IMG/VR virus record: IMGVR_UViG_3300025021_000154
Location: 1 to 64,000 of that record
Reading direction: 5' to 3' (one strand)
Length of the DNA stretch: 64,000 nt
Source: a virus
Taxonomy: Duplodnaviria > Caudoviricetes
Shown here: piece by piece, positions 47,599 through 57,153 of the stretch
Layout of the letters: each line of letters starts with the position of its first letter
Position numbering within the stretch: the first letter of the stretch is position 1
Position numbers and translations under genes: made by a program
Notes under the pieces: generated by a model
What the model was told of the DNA's origin: nothing
Databases searched by the model: none
Seen by the model: only the letters and a program-made list of their open reading frames with translations

Positions 47599-48640
47599 AA
47601 CCCGCGACCGTCAATCCGAGGAGCGCTACCGCAACCGCTGGTACGGCAAGTACCGGGCCTTCGTGCGCGACAACAACGACCCCGAACGCCTTGGCCGGGT
47701 CCGGCTGGAAATCCCCGCCGTGCTCGGCAGCGGGCGGGAGAACTGGTCCGAATGGGCCGCTCCCTGTTTCCCCTACGGCGGCAACGACGACACCGGCATG
47801 TTCCTGGTCCCCGAGGAAGGGGCCTCGGTCTGGGCCGAGTTCGAGGGCGGCGTCGTCCAGTATCCGATCTGGACCGGGGTCTGGTTGGCCAAGAGCAATC
47901 CCGGCGAGCAGCCCGAGGAATCCAAGCGCACCTGCGCGAATGCCTTCTGCCATGACTGCGAGGACAAGGTCGAGCATCAGGCCAACCGGCACGACGATCT
48001 CGAACACAAGAAGTACCACGGCCATCCGCCGTATTACTGTCCGCGCCTGAAGATCCTGCTCAAGACCGAAACCGGCCACACCATCCTGGCCGATGACCGC
48101 GACGGCGACGAGCTGCTGCGGATCATCGACCGCGCCGGACAGATCCTCACCATGGAAGGGAAGGTGAAGCCGGAGATACAGAGCGGCAACGCCCTGCGCC
48201 GAGGCACGAAGGACGCCGAGAAAGGCGACCAGCTCGACATCGCCTCGCAGATCGTCGGCTCCCGTGCCCGCATCCAGCTCACCGACCTCTGCCGCCAGCA
48301 GGTGATCCTCGAAGCCTGGCAGGACAAGGAGAAGGTCCACATCCTCTCGTGCGACAAGGGCCGCTCCCGCTGGCAGAAGATCCTCATCGATACCACCAAG
48401 GGTCGGGAGAAGGTTCACATCTGGGGACTCAACGGCACCCAGGAAATCCTCATCGATTCCACCGCCGCCGCCGAACAGATCCGGCTCACCGACAAGGCCG
48501 GTCAGGTGGTGCGCATGAACGCCGCGCCCGGCCAGGAGAGCATCAGCGCCACCGACAAGTCCGGCAGCCTCGTGTTCATGGATGGGGTGGCCGGAAACAT
48601 CATCATTCGCTCGACGAACACCGTCTTGATCAACACTTGA
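47591..48640 (+). CDS. Baseplate spike (gp5/VgrG/gpV-like)
   Basis: YGKYRA.V.DNNDPE.LGRV, VPEEGA.VW.EFEGG, C-terminal beta-helix repeats. Confidence 0.9.
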   Translation: MLETRDRQSEERYRNRWYGKYRAFVRDNNDPERLGRVRLEIPAVLGSGRENWSEWAAPCFPYGGNDDTGMFLVPEEGASVWAEFEGGVVQYPIWTGVWLAKSNPGEQPEESKRTCANAFCHDCEDKVEHQANRHDDLEHKKYHGHPPYYCPRLKILLKTETGHTILADDRDGDELLRIIDRAGQILTMEGKVKPEIQSGNALRRGTKDAEKGDQLDIASQIVGSRARIQLTDLCRQQVILEAWQDKEKVHILSCDKGRSRWQKILIDTTKGREKVHIWGLNGTQEILIDSTAAAEQIRLTDKAGQVVRMNAAPGQESISATDKSGSLVFMDGVAGNIIIRSTNTVLINT

Positions 48641-48653
48641 AGGGAAGCATTGC

Positions 48654-49028
48654 ATGGGAGAAAGAACAACAACGCCCTCCGGACTTTCGGCCAGCGAGGA
48701 ATTGCTGGCCCGGACCTTCGATCATTGGCGGGAGGAATTCCGCAGCATCCTCGAAAGCCACCGCCGGGAAATCCAGGACCGCCTCGAGAAGATCGAGCGT
48801 GAAATCGAGAAGAAATCGGACAAGGAAAACGTCGAGGTGCTGGTCCGCTCGATCTATTCCGATCTGCACCGGCACGCCGAGGAGATCGACCGGCTGCATG
48901 CCCGGGTCGGCTCCAAAATGGGGACCGAGACCATGTGGAAGATCGTCGGCTTGGTGTTGACCATCGGCAGCACCATCGGCGGACTCGTCGGCTTTCTGAT
49001 CCATCTGTTGCTGAAGGTGAACCCATGA
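48654..49028 (+). CDS. Coiled-coil protein with C-terminal TM helix (holin/XhlA-like candidate)
   Basis: Charged coiled coil followed by IVGLVLTIGSTIGGLVGFLIHLLL. Confidence 0.5.
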   Translation: MGERTTTPSGLSASEELLARTFDHWREEFRSILESHRREIQDRLEKIEREIEKKSDKENVEVLVRSIYSDLHRHAEEIDRLHARVGSKMGTETMWKIVGLVLTIGSTIGGLVGFLIHLLLKVNP

Positions 49029-49288
49029 GTTCCCAGGCTCGACTCGGCGACATCAGCAGTCACGGCGGCGTCATTATCACCGGGGCGAGCCGGACGCTGG
49101 ACAACGGCATGCCGGTGGCCCGCATGGGGGATCTGCACGTCTGTCCCATCCCGGGGCATGGCGTGACGCCCATCGTGACCGGCAGCTTCGACACCATCAC
49201 CGAAGGATTGCCCAACGCCCGCATCGGCGACATCACCGCCTGCGGAGCCATCATCGTCACCGGCAGTCCCGACACCATCGACAACTGA
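49025..49288 (+). CDS. PAAR spike-tip protein
   Basis: ARLGD..SHGG, PVARMGD.HVCP..GH, PNARIGD..ACGA. Confidence 0.92.
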   Translation: MSSQARLGDISSHGGVIITGASRTLDNGMPVARMGDLHVCPIPGHGVTPIVTGSFDTITEGLPNARIGDITACGAIIVTGSPDTIDN

Positions 49289-49298
49289 GGGGGACGCC

Positions 49299-49607
49299 AT
49301 GAACAATCTCGAACAGCCGCAGGAACCGCACTACTGGGATGTCTTCCCGAAACTGATCCGGGTCTCGCGGTCCCCATTCGTCCAGCGCATTCCGCTCTCG
49401 ATCCGTGGTCTACCCGAAGCGCCGGTGTTCGAATCGTCCAATCCCGACGTGGCCAGTGTCGATGAGGACGGCAATGTCGAGTGCGGCTTCGTTCCCGGGG
49501 CGGCCATGATCCTGGTCTGGGATTCGCCCGAGCGGCTCAGCCTCCGTCACGTCCAGGTCGAGGTCTATGGCGGCGGCGTCTCCGCACCGGTGGATGTCCC
49601 TTCATGA
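49299..49607 (+). CDS. Ig-like (Big_2) domain protein
   Basis: FESSNPDVASVDEDGNV. Confidence 0.75.
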   Translation: MNNLEQPQEPHYWDVFPKLIRVSRSPFVQRIPLSIRGLPEAPVFESSNPDVASVDEDGNVECGFVPGAAMILVWDSPERLSLRHVQVEVYGGGVSAPVDVPS

Positions 49608-50614
49608 CCGATACCCCGCCAGCCTTTAGCCACTGGGAGGTTCAGCCTCGCTCCATCCGCCTCTCCGCTGGCGAGTTCGAGCAACGGGTTCCGCTCTCCC
49701 TGCGCGGCGACGTGGACGCCCCGGTCTTTGCCTCCAGCAACCCGGAGGTCGCGGAGATCGGGCCGGATGGCGTCATTCGCTGCGGCTGGACCATCGGCAA
49801 CGCCGTGCTCATGGTCTGGCGATCCTCGGTCCGGGACAGCCTCCGCCATGTTCTGGTGGAGGTCCGCGATCCGTCCTGGTTCGCCGACCACCCGGACTTT
49901 GCCAGCGGAGCCACGGTCTTCCTCAGCGGCATGGTGGTCAACGCCCTCAACACCAGCGGCGTCGGCAACGCGCTGATCGAATTCCGCCGCTCGGAAACCG
50001 GCCCGGCTGCATACCAGACCTTTGCCAACGCCTATGGCGGGTTCGAGCTGACCGTGCCCGAGGGGTTCTATTACGTGGAGGTCACCGCGTCTGGATACAT
50101 CGCCTGGCATGGCTGGGTGAACGCCGACCCCAACACCTCCGGCGACATCCAGATCGTTCTCTCGCCCGAACTCGACGGCCAGGTCGCCCGCATCGTGTTG
50201 CAGTGCGGACTCAACCCCAGGGATCTCGATTCCCATCTCACCGGACCGACGCCATCGGGCGGCCGCTTCCATGTGTTCTATTCCCACACCATCGAAAACG
50301 AGGCGGCGGAATTGGACGTGGATGACACCAGCTCCTACGGGCCGGAGACCATCACCATCCATCGGCTCATCCCCGGCGTCTACCGCTACGCGGTCCACGA
50401 CTACACCAACCGCAACGCCAATCCGAGCACCGGCCTGGCGCAGTCCGGAGCATCGGTGAAAGTGTTCCTGAGCGATGGCCGTGAGCAGACCTTCACCGTT
50501 CCCAACTCCCCGGGCACGGTCTGGACCGTGTTCGAAATCGACGGTGCGACCGGGACAGTGACGCCGGTCAACGCCATGAGCTATCAATCCCAACCCGCCA
50601 ATGTCGGCATGTAA
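49604..50614 (+). CDS. Big_2 + carboxypeptidase-regulatory-like + YfaP/DUF2135-like protein
   Basis: SSNPEVAEIGPDG; LSGMVVNA..G.F.LTVPEG.Y.VEV..GY; DLDSHL..LDVDD..GPETITI..PGVYRYAVH. Confidence 0.75.
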   Translation: MTDTPPAFSHWEVQPRSIRLSAGEFEQRVPLSLRGDVDAPVFASSNPEVAEIGPDGVIRCGWTIGNAVLMVWRSSVRDSLRHVLVEVRDPSWFADHPDFASGATVFLSGMVVNALNTSGVGNALIEFRRSETGPAAYQTFANAYGGFELTVPEGFYYVEVTASGYIAWHGWVNADPNTSGDIQIVLSPELDGQVARIVLQCGLNPRDLDSHLTGPTPSGGRFHVFYSHTIENEAAELDVDDTSSYGPETITIHRLIPGVYRYAVHDYTNRNANPSTGLAQSGASVKVFLSDGREQTFTVPNSPGTVWTVFEIDGATGTVTPVNAMSYQSQPANVGM

Positions 50615-50626
50615 TGGAGGTTGTCC

Positions 50627-51517
50627 ATGATTTCCGAAGAACCCGCCGACTTGCAGGCCACCATCGAACAAACCGATTCCGGCGAACAGCAGTATGTTTT
50701 ACGGGCGCTCTGCGATCACCTGTCCGGCATCCGTGAAGAACTTTCCGGCATCCGCACGCTGCTGGAGGCCAGTCACGCCGCCTCGGAGGCGATGCGCGGC
50801 CAGGCCCAGGCCTATCTGGAGGCCCAGCAGGCCAGGACGCAGGAGTATCTGGATCAGGTACAGGTCGAGCCGGAGCCCGATTTCTATCCCTTCGTCGAGC
50901 TGCCAGCGGGCACCGAGCCCCGGGATCTGCCGGACGGCAACCGGCTCTTTACCTTGCCCGACGGCATGATCCTGCGGACCACTGACGACCAGCGAATCTG
51001 CGTCATCGACGCCGGGGAACAGCAGGTCGTCACTCCCGGACCCGGCACGGCCATCGAGGTCGCCCCGGGACGCCTTTACACCCTGGTCGAGTCCTATCTG
51101 CGTTCGACCCAGGAAGCGGCCGGTATCAGCGGACTGCCTGCCGGGACCGAGCCGACCGCCATGGGCGCGGAACGCATCGCGGTGGATCTGCCCGAGGGCA
51201 TCCGTCTTGACGTCGATCACCGGGAGCGGTTCATCACCCTGATCAATCCGGCCGGACCTATCGACATCATCGGCATCGGCCGCATCGAGGGCATCGGCGA
51301 AACCATCGCCATTCGTCTGCTCTCCGGCGGGGCCAAGGGATTCCAATGCGGCCTGTCCGGCCACGGCGGGCTGATCGAGGCGGACGGCACCATTCATCTG
51401 GGACTCAAGAGCGGTCTGGATCTGGTGATTCGGTTCCCGGGAGAAGCTATCGACGACGACACTTCGGAAAATGGCTGCTCGGGACAGTGCGGCATCGACT
51501 GCGAGGAGCGTATCTGA
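50627..51517 (+). CDS. Hypothetical protein (coiled coil + repeated beta domain)
   Basis: ATG 50627 with GGAGG; LPAGTEP repeated twice. Confidence 0.65.
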   Translation: MISEEPADLQATIEQTDSGEQQYVLRALCDHLSGIREELSGIRTLLEASHAASEAMRGQAQAYLEAQQARTQEYLDQVQVEPEPDFYPFVELPAGTEPRDLPDGNRLFTLPDGMILRTTDDQRICVIDAGEQQVVTPGPGTAIEVAPGRLYTLVESYLRSTQEAAGISGLPAGTEPTAMGAERIAVDLPEGIRLDVDHRERFITLINPAGPIDIIGIGRIEGIGETIAIRLLSGGAKGFQCGLSGHGGLIEADGTIHLGLKSGLDLVIRFPGEAIDDDTSENGCSGQCGIDCEERI

Positions 51518-52434
51518 TGAGCTACGATTTCCTCGGCAAGGGATTGCGCTACCCGTTCCGGTTTCAGTCGGTATCCGGCGGCACCCAGATCTCGACCGCC
51601 ACCTCGCGGGAGCACGAGCATATCCGCGAAAGCATCCTGCAGATCCTCGGCACCAGGATCGGCGAACGGTTCATGAATCCGGAGTTTGGCTCCCGGCTGA
51701 AGGATCTGGTGTTCGAACAGAACGACGAGGTCCTCAAGGGCCTGCTGCGCCATTACGTGATCGACGCTATCAAACGCTGGGAAAAGCGGGTGATCATCAC
51801 GGAGGTGCGCTTCGACGACCGGCCGTTGAACATCGACGGCAACCTGCTGCTGGTGCATATCGCCTACCGGGTGATCCAGAGCCAGGTGGACGGCAACCTG
51901 GTCTATCCCTTCTACAGAGAAGACCCGAACAATCCCGCGCCCAGCTATCCCCAACCGGAACCCGAGCCTGAACCGCCGCCGGTGCGCAGCGTGCGCCTAT
52001 CGCCAGACGTGCGCTCGCTGTTCAATCTGCTCTGGTTCGACGCGGCCGAGATGAGCCCCGATCCGGCGGATTCCTTCCTCTGGCCAGCCGGGGAATACGA
52101 AGTCGCCTACATCGAGGGAGCCTTTCAGGACCGCAACGGCAAGTGGATCGTCAGCGATCCGGGTGACAACCACGGCCATTACCTGGTGTTTGAGGGAGCG
52201 CCCGAAACCGAAGCGCCCCAGGCCGAGCATGCCCTCTATCTGGCCGCGAGCGGTCTGGGTTTCGACACCCAGAGTCAGGCGGAAGACAACGCCGCTGGCA
52301 CCATTCACCGGATCACCACGCTGGAGCCGGGTCGCATCGGACTGTTCTATTTCGAAGGCAAGAAGGAATCCCACTACCTCAACAACACCTCCGGGCAGCC
52401 CAACCCCGTCTGGCAACTGCGCGGCCCGCTCTGA
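51517..52434 (+). CDS. gp25/gpW baseplate wedge protein with C-terminal extra domain
   Basis: IRESILQILGT.IGERFM.PEFGS, WEKRV; PQPEPEPEPPP linker then ~150 extra aa. Confidence 0.85.
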   Translation: MSYDFLGKGLRYPFRFQSVSGGTQISTATSREHEHIRESILQILGTRIGERFMNPEFGSRLKDLVFEQNDEVLKGLLRHYVIDAIKRWEKRVIITEVRFDDRPLNIDGNLLLVHIAYRVIQSQVDGNLVYPFYREDPNNPAPSYPQPEPEPEPPPVRSVRLSPDVRSLFNLLWFDAAEMSPDPADSFLWPAGEYEVAYIEGAFQDRNGKWIVSDPGDNHGHYLVFEGAPETEAPQAEHALYLAASGLGFDTQSQAEDNAAGTIHRITTLEPGRIGLFYFEGKKESHYLNNTSGQPNPVWQLRGPL

Positions 52435-52445
52435 GGCATCCCACC

Positions 52446-52477
52446 TCCGACACATCCAGGCCTCTTCCGGTAAGTAA
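52446..52477 (+). promoter_or_regulatory. Phage-sigma promoter motif copy 10
   Basis: TCCGAC-N14-TCCGGTAAGTAA. Confidence 0.78.
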
Positions 52478-52533
52478 CCGGCGTGGCGAGAGCATCAGGC
52501 GCTCTCGCATAACCGCCGAAAACCGGAGAGACC

Positions 52534-53943
52534 ATGGGCCGCGCAAGCATCGGATACATCAACAAGGATTACGAATCGATCCGTCAGGAGCTGCTGGCGA
52601 AGATCCCGCAGCTCACCGACCGCTGGACCGATTTCAACCACTCCGATCTCGGCGTCGTCATGCTCGATCTGTTTTGCGGCGTGGGCGACATGCTGGCCTA
52701 CTACCTGGATGCCCAGGCGGCGGAGGCCTTCCTACCCACGGCCCGCCAGCGCCAGAACGTCATCAACCTCTGCAAACTCATCGGCTACCGGCTAGACTCG
52801 CCGGTGGCCTCCACCACCACGCTGCGCTTCCGGCTTTCCGCCCCGCTCGGCAAGGATCTGACCATTCCGGCGGGGACGGCCTGCCGCGCCTTGCTGAGTG
52901 ACGGCGAAGCGGATTTCGAGACGGTCGAGGACGGCCTGATCCCGCGAGGCGTGCTCTCGGTAGACATCCCGGCCCGGCAAGGCGTGCGCCGCACCGAGAC
53001 CTTCACGTCGTCGGGCTTGCCATTCCAGCGCTTCCGCCTGACCGGCGACCTCATCGCTCAGGGCACCATCACCGTTTCGGTGGGGGACGACGCCTGGAGC
53101 GAGGTCGATCACTTCCAGGACAGCCTGGCCGACAGCCGTCATTTCATGGCCGACCTGGACGCCCTCGACATCTCCACCCTGATTTTCGGCGACGGGCAAA
53201 GCGGCGCTGTACCGGCTCAGGGAAGCGCCATCACCGTCAGCTATCTGCAGACCATCGGAGACCAGGGCAATCTCGGTCCGAACCGGATCACCCAACTGCT
53301 GAGCCCGGTCTACCTCGACGGCGGCCAGGTCTCCCTGACCGTCGCCAACCCGGTGCCCGCCACCGGCGGCGCTTCGCGGGAAGCCCTCGAACACGCCCGC
53401 CGACAGGCACCGGCGGAGCTGCGCAGTCTCTGGAAGGCCGTCACCCTGGAGGATTACCAGGCGCTCGCCGAAGGTTACCCCGGCGTCGCCAAGGCCAAGG
53501 TGCTCGACACGAATGCCTGTCAGAACATCCGCTATTACAACGTCCAACTGGCCATCGCCCCCAATGGCGGCGGGATGCCCTCGGCGCTGCTCAAGCGGGA
53601 CCTTGCCGAGTTTTTCGAACGCCGCAAGGTCATCACGGTCGAGATCAACCTGTGCGACCCGATCTACCGCCCCGTTTCCATCGACGCCGAGGTCTACATC
53701 TGGCCCGGCGAACCGCTGGAAAACGTGCGCAGCCGCATCGAAGCCGCACTTTCCGATTTCTTTTCTTTCGACCAGGTCTCCTTCGGCCAGACCATTCACT
53801 TCTCCGACCTGGTGGTCTTGATCGACGGCGTGCGCGGTGTCAGCCACATGCATCTGTACGCGCCGCAGCAGGACATCGAACTGCGCCACGGCGAAATTCC
53901 GGTTCTCGGCAGCGTCAACCTCGATCTGCGGAGGGCCGGTTGA
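52534..53943 (+). CDS. Baseplate J-like protein
   Basis: DYESIR..L, WTDFN.SD.G, FGDG..G..P, AVTLEDY. Confidence 0.92.
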   Translation: MGRASIGYINKDYESIRQELLAKIPQLTDRWTDFNHSDLGVVMLDLFCGVGDMLAYYLDAQAAEAFLPTARQRQNVINLCKLIGYRLDSPVASTTTLRFRLSAPLGKDLTIPAGTACRALLSDGEADFETVEDGLIPRGVLSVDIPARQGVRRTETFTSSGLPFQRFRLTGDLIAQGTITVSVGDDAWSEVDHFQDSLADSRHFMADLDALDISTLIFGDGQSGAVPAQGSAITVSYLQTIGDQGNLGPNRITQLLSPVYLDGGQVSLTVANPVPATGGASREALEHARRQAPAELRSLWKAVTLEDYQALAEGYPGVAKAKVLDTNACQNIRYYNVQLAIAPNGGGMPSALLKRDLAEFFERRKVITVEINLCDPIYRPVSIDAEVYIWPGEPLENVRSRIEAALSDFFSFDQVSFGQTIHFSDLVVLIDGVRGVSHMHLYAPQQDIELRHGEIPVLGSVNLDLRRAG

Positions 53944-55517
53944 TGTCGGATTGGTTCAAGGACAATCTGCTCGGCCTGCTGCCGCCGCTTTACGAGCACA
54001 ACGACGAGGCCGGTGACCTGCGCACCTTTCTGAGCCTTCCTTCCGGAACGCTGGACGATCTCAAGCAGGCTATCGACGACTTCCCGACTATCTTCGACGT
54101 CGATCACTGCGATGAACGCTTTCTGCCGTTGCTGGCGAGGCTCGTGGGCCTCGAAGTAGACGGCACCTGTTCGCCGGACTGCCAGCGCCGCCGCGTGCGG
54201 GAGGCGGTCGAAATCTATCGCCGCAAGGGGACCCTCCCGGCCATTGAGCGCGACTTTGACGCGCTCGGTTGGCAGGGGGAACTGCAGGAGACCTTCCGCT
54301 CGGCGCTGCGCCTCAATGCTCGCTCCAAACTCAGCAACGCCAAGCTGCCCGGGCTGGTGTTCAGCCTCGGCGTGTTTCGCGTGCTCTGTCTCAACCAGAC
54401 CGAGGGGCTGCGCGACGCCCTGGTGTTTCATCACCCGGCGGGCACCCGCTGTTTTTGGCTCCAGTTTCTGCTCGAATGGATCGAAGGCGGCGCAATGCTC
54501 GACTTCGGGCACGCCAACGCCGTGCGCCGGATCGTGCTGGCGTTTCTCGACGAGACCTTCGTCCTTGGCCATTCCTCCCTCGGCTCCTGCCGTCACCTGA
54601 CCAACAAGCAAAAGGCCTGGGAGCTGCTGCAGCTCACCAGCACCACGGAGATGATTCCGGAGATCGACCGGGCCGCCGTTAAGGTCTCTCGTTTTCACGG
54701 CCGCCAGAATCGGATGCGTCTGAACCACCGGACCCTCAACGACTGGCGGCTTCCGTACACCCGTGTCGGCGAGGACCGGGTTTCCTTCTGCACGCCCATC
54801 TACACCGGCCGCGATTTCGTAGGAGATGTGCTGGAGAGCGGTTTCGGGCTCGGCGAAAGCCATCTCAACCGTAAATCACTGACCCATGGCGAGACCGCAC
54901 TGCGCTACTGCTTTCGGCAGAAGGATTTCTTTTTCAGCAACCAGACGGAACCGGCCGAGCGGGCGGAGGCCAAGTACGACCTGCATCTGCCGCTGGAATC
55001 CCGTCACCGCCTCTGCTTTCAGCTTGGTCGGGCCAGGTTGAACGAGGGTCTCGACCTTACCGCCAACCAGGGCGGTATCAGCAATCTGCTGCTCGCCGCC
55101 ACTGCTGGCTGCGATGCGGACGTCACTCTGGCCGTCGACCGGATCGACCGATGGCGGCGGAGAGGGCCTGTGTTCCGGCTCAACGCGAACACCCTGAACA
55201 CCCGGTATCTGAGCAATGCGAATCTGACCGGCGAACGGGCCTCGCTTGAAGTCTATGTGGACACGGGCTCTCTCCAGCGTCATCGGGTCGAAACCATGAA
55301 GCTGGGCGCAAGTCCGCTCAACACCACCGGTCTGCGCCTCTCCGTGGACCGGACCCGACCCATGCGCATCAGCCGCATGCGCCTCAACCAGGCCGGATTC
55401 CGCTGGTCGCGGCCTTCCTACCGCTGGCTGTTCCGTCAGCAGGATCTGCACGCACCGGCGCAGGCCGGGTTCGAGGCCGCCACCAACAACTATCGCGCCA
55501 CCCAGTGGCCCACCTGA
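53943..55517 (+). CDS. Baseplate wedge/tail protein (P2 gpI-like) with (F/M)xLxxxxLN repeats
   Basis: LLP..Y, FLPLLA..VG, YRRKGT..AI, HPAG; repeated LN motifs. Confidence 0.8.
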   Translation: MSDWFKDNLLGLLPPLYEHNDEAGDLRTFLSLPSGTLDDLKQAIDDFPTIFDVDHCDERFLPLLARLVGLEVDGTCSPDCQRRRVREAVEIYRRKGTLPAIERDFDALGWQGELQETFRSALRLNARSKLSNAKLPGLVFSLGVFRVLCLNQTEGLRDALVFHHPAGTRCFWLQFLLEWIEGGAMLDFGHANAVRRIVLAFLDETFVLGHSSLGSCRHLTNKQKAWELLQLTSTTEMIPEIDRAAVKVSRFHGRQNRMRLNHRTLNDWRLPYTRVGEDRVSFCTPIYTGRDFVGDVLESGFGLGESHLNRKSLTHGETALRYCFRQKDFFFSNQTEPAERAEAKYDLHLPLESRHRLCFQLGRARLNEGLDLTANQGGISNLLLAATAGCDADVTLAVDRIDRWRRRGPVFRLNANTLNTRYLSNANLTGERASLEVYVDTGSLQRHRVETMKLGASPLNTTGLRLSVDRTRPMRISRMRLNQAGFRWSRPSYRWLFRQQDLHAPAQAGFEAATNNYRATQWPT

Positions 55518-55527
55518 AGGAGAACCC

Positions 55528-56121
55528 ATGGCGATTCATCTCTATCTTGACGAAGCGTTGACCCAGCAGATTTCAGAGGGGGATTTCAGCCGTCCCGAGG
55601 CCGAGAGCTACAACGGTACTGACGGCGACATCAAGGATCGGCAACTCCACGTCGCCAACGAGCAGACGAGCCTCGCCTCGGCCATCGACCTGGCGCAGAC
55701 CAGCATCGCGCTGGTCGAACCGCGCTTTGCCGACGGCGAACTCATCATCATCGACGGCGAGCAGATGCTCATTGAAAGCGGCGGCGGAACCGCCAATCTC
55801 ACCGTGCAACGGGGCGTGGCCAACACCGCTCCGGCCGCGCACAACGCCGGGGCGACTTTCTATTCCGGTTACGACTACACCGGGCTGGTGCTCGATCCCA
55901 TCGACGAGACCGGCACCGACGAATCGGTGTGGTACCGCCTGGCTCTGACCCAGGTGGATCTCGACACCGCCATCCAGGGCGGACCGCTCAATCTCGGCGA
56001 CAAGACCTTCCAGCAGACGTTGTCCTTCTGGCGACGCTGCACGGTGCTCCCGGGCACGCCGGTGCAAAACAAACTCGACATCAAGCTGCGCCTGACCGGC
56101 ACGGAAAACCCGATCCTCTAA
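55528..56121 (+). CDS. Hypothetical virion protein
   Basis: TSLASAI..., EQMLI..., LTVQRGVANTAPAAH motif seen in phage structural proteins. Confidence 0.6.
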   Translation: MAIHLYLDEALTQQISEGDFSRPEAESYNGTDGDIKDRQLHVANEQTSLASAIDLAQTSIALVEPRFADGELIIIDGEQMLIESGGGTANLTVQRGVANTAPAAHNAGATFYSGYDYTGLVLDPIDETGTDESVWYRLALTQVDLDTAIQGGPLNLGDKTFQQTLSFWRRCTVLPGTPVQNKLDIKLRLTGTENPIL

Positions 56122-56130
56122 GGAGCTCCG

Positions 56131-56592
56131 ATGGCAGCTATTACGATAGACATCGATATTTCCGCGAGGGTGACCCGATCACGGGTGAGCGAAATGGACA
56201 CCCGTCAGGTGCTCCTGCGCGGGATCTTAGCGGAGATGGATCTCGCCTGTCGCATTCAGCGTTCCATTGAAGTTGCCGCGCAGGCTCAAGTGGGTGTTCT
56301 CGCTGAAATCGCAAGGATCGTCAGGACCGGCCAAGTGATCCACAACCGCCTGAACCGGAACACCGACCTGTGGCTCGTCATCCATGGACGTCTGGGTGTC
56401 GATGCCGACACGGCGCTGCGGATGACGCGCCTCTGGCAGCGGAGCATCGACACCAGCGTCCGGACGTCGGGCGCACATATCAGCCGATCCGACACCGTTC
56501 AGCGCATCGCGATTCCGGCCGGGCTGCTGACAGACACGCGGCAGATCCTGTTCGCGGTGCTCATCGATCAAGACCACGTAATTCAGACCTAA
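56131..56592 (+). CDS. Hypothetical protein with DT/RV beta repeats
   Basis: 153 aa with AAGGAG RBS. Confidence 0.55.
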   Translation: MAAITIDIDISARVTRSRVSEMDTRQVLLRGILAEMDLACRIQRSIEVAAQAQVGVLAEIARIVRTGQVIHNRLNRNTDLWLVIHGRLGVDADTALRMTRLWQRSIDTSVRTSGAHISRSDTVQRIAIPAGLLTDTRQILFAVLIDQDHVIQT

Positions 56593-56604
56593 AGGAGAAC
56601 AGCA

Positions 56605-57138
56605 ATGGCACTGGGACTTATCGTTAAAACCGGCCGGATACTGACGGCCAAACTCCTCCTCGGCCAGGCCGTGGACGGCATCACCCACTGCGCCATCGGC
56701 GACGGGGATGCCAGCTTCGCCGACCCGCAGAATCCACCCGCGCCGGAGATCGGCCAGGCCGGACTCAGAAACGAACGCGCCCGCAAGCGCTACTACAAGC
56801 GGACCTTCCTCAAGGAGGATGCCGAGGGGGCGCTGCTGGTCAACGGCGTGCGTTACCTCGAAACCGGCGAGGAGACCAACACCATCGGCGTCTTCTTTCG
56901 CTTCGACGAGGCCGAGGCCAACGGCATCACCATCCGCGAATACGGCTTCTTCGGCGGCGACGTGCAGTACGTGGCTAGCACCAACGGGGATCTCGCCATG
57001 GGCGGCATCTTCCATCAGGACACCAATCCGACCGGGGAGGTGCAGCATCCCGGTTACCTCTACGAGGTGAAGAACATTCCCGACTTCAACAAGATTTCCG
57101 ACACCCGCGTGGAGCTGGTCGGGATCATCAAGATCTAA
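56605..57138 (+). CDS. Tail fibre N-terminal/collar-like protein
   Basis: CAIGDG, TIREYGFFGG. Confidence 0.7.
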   Translation: MALGLIVKTGRILTAKLLLGQAVDGITHCAIGDGDASFADPQNPPAPEIGQAGLRNERARKRYYKRTFLKEDAEGALLVNGVRYLETGEETNTIGVFFRFDEAEANGITIREYGFFGGDVQYVASTNGDLAMGGIFHQDTNPTGEVQHPGYLYEVKNIPDFNKISDTRVELVGIIKI

Positions 57139-57153
57139 CTGGAGGATTCAATC

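Noticed and set aside
3382-52477. Repeated TCCGGTAAGTAA as CRISPR repeats or REP elements
   Set aside because: Copies are kilobases apart, non-palindromic and mostly upstream of operons; no array or cas operon
10943-53943. Upstream-extended starts in the ORF track (10943, 24646, 26079, 31177, 44312, 44623, 47131, 48935, 49481, 51346, 53652)
   Set aside because: Downstream starts have RBSs or stop-start coupling; the extensions overlap neighbouring genes
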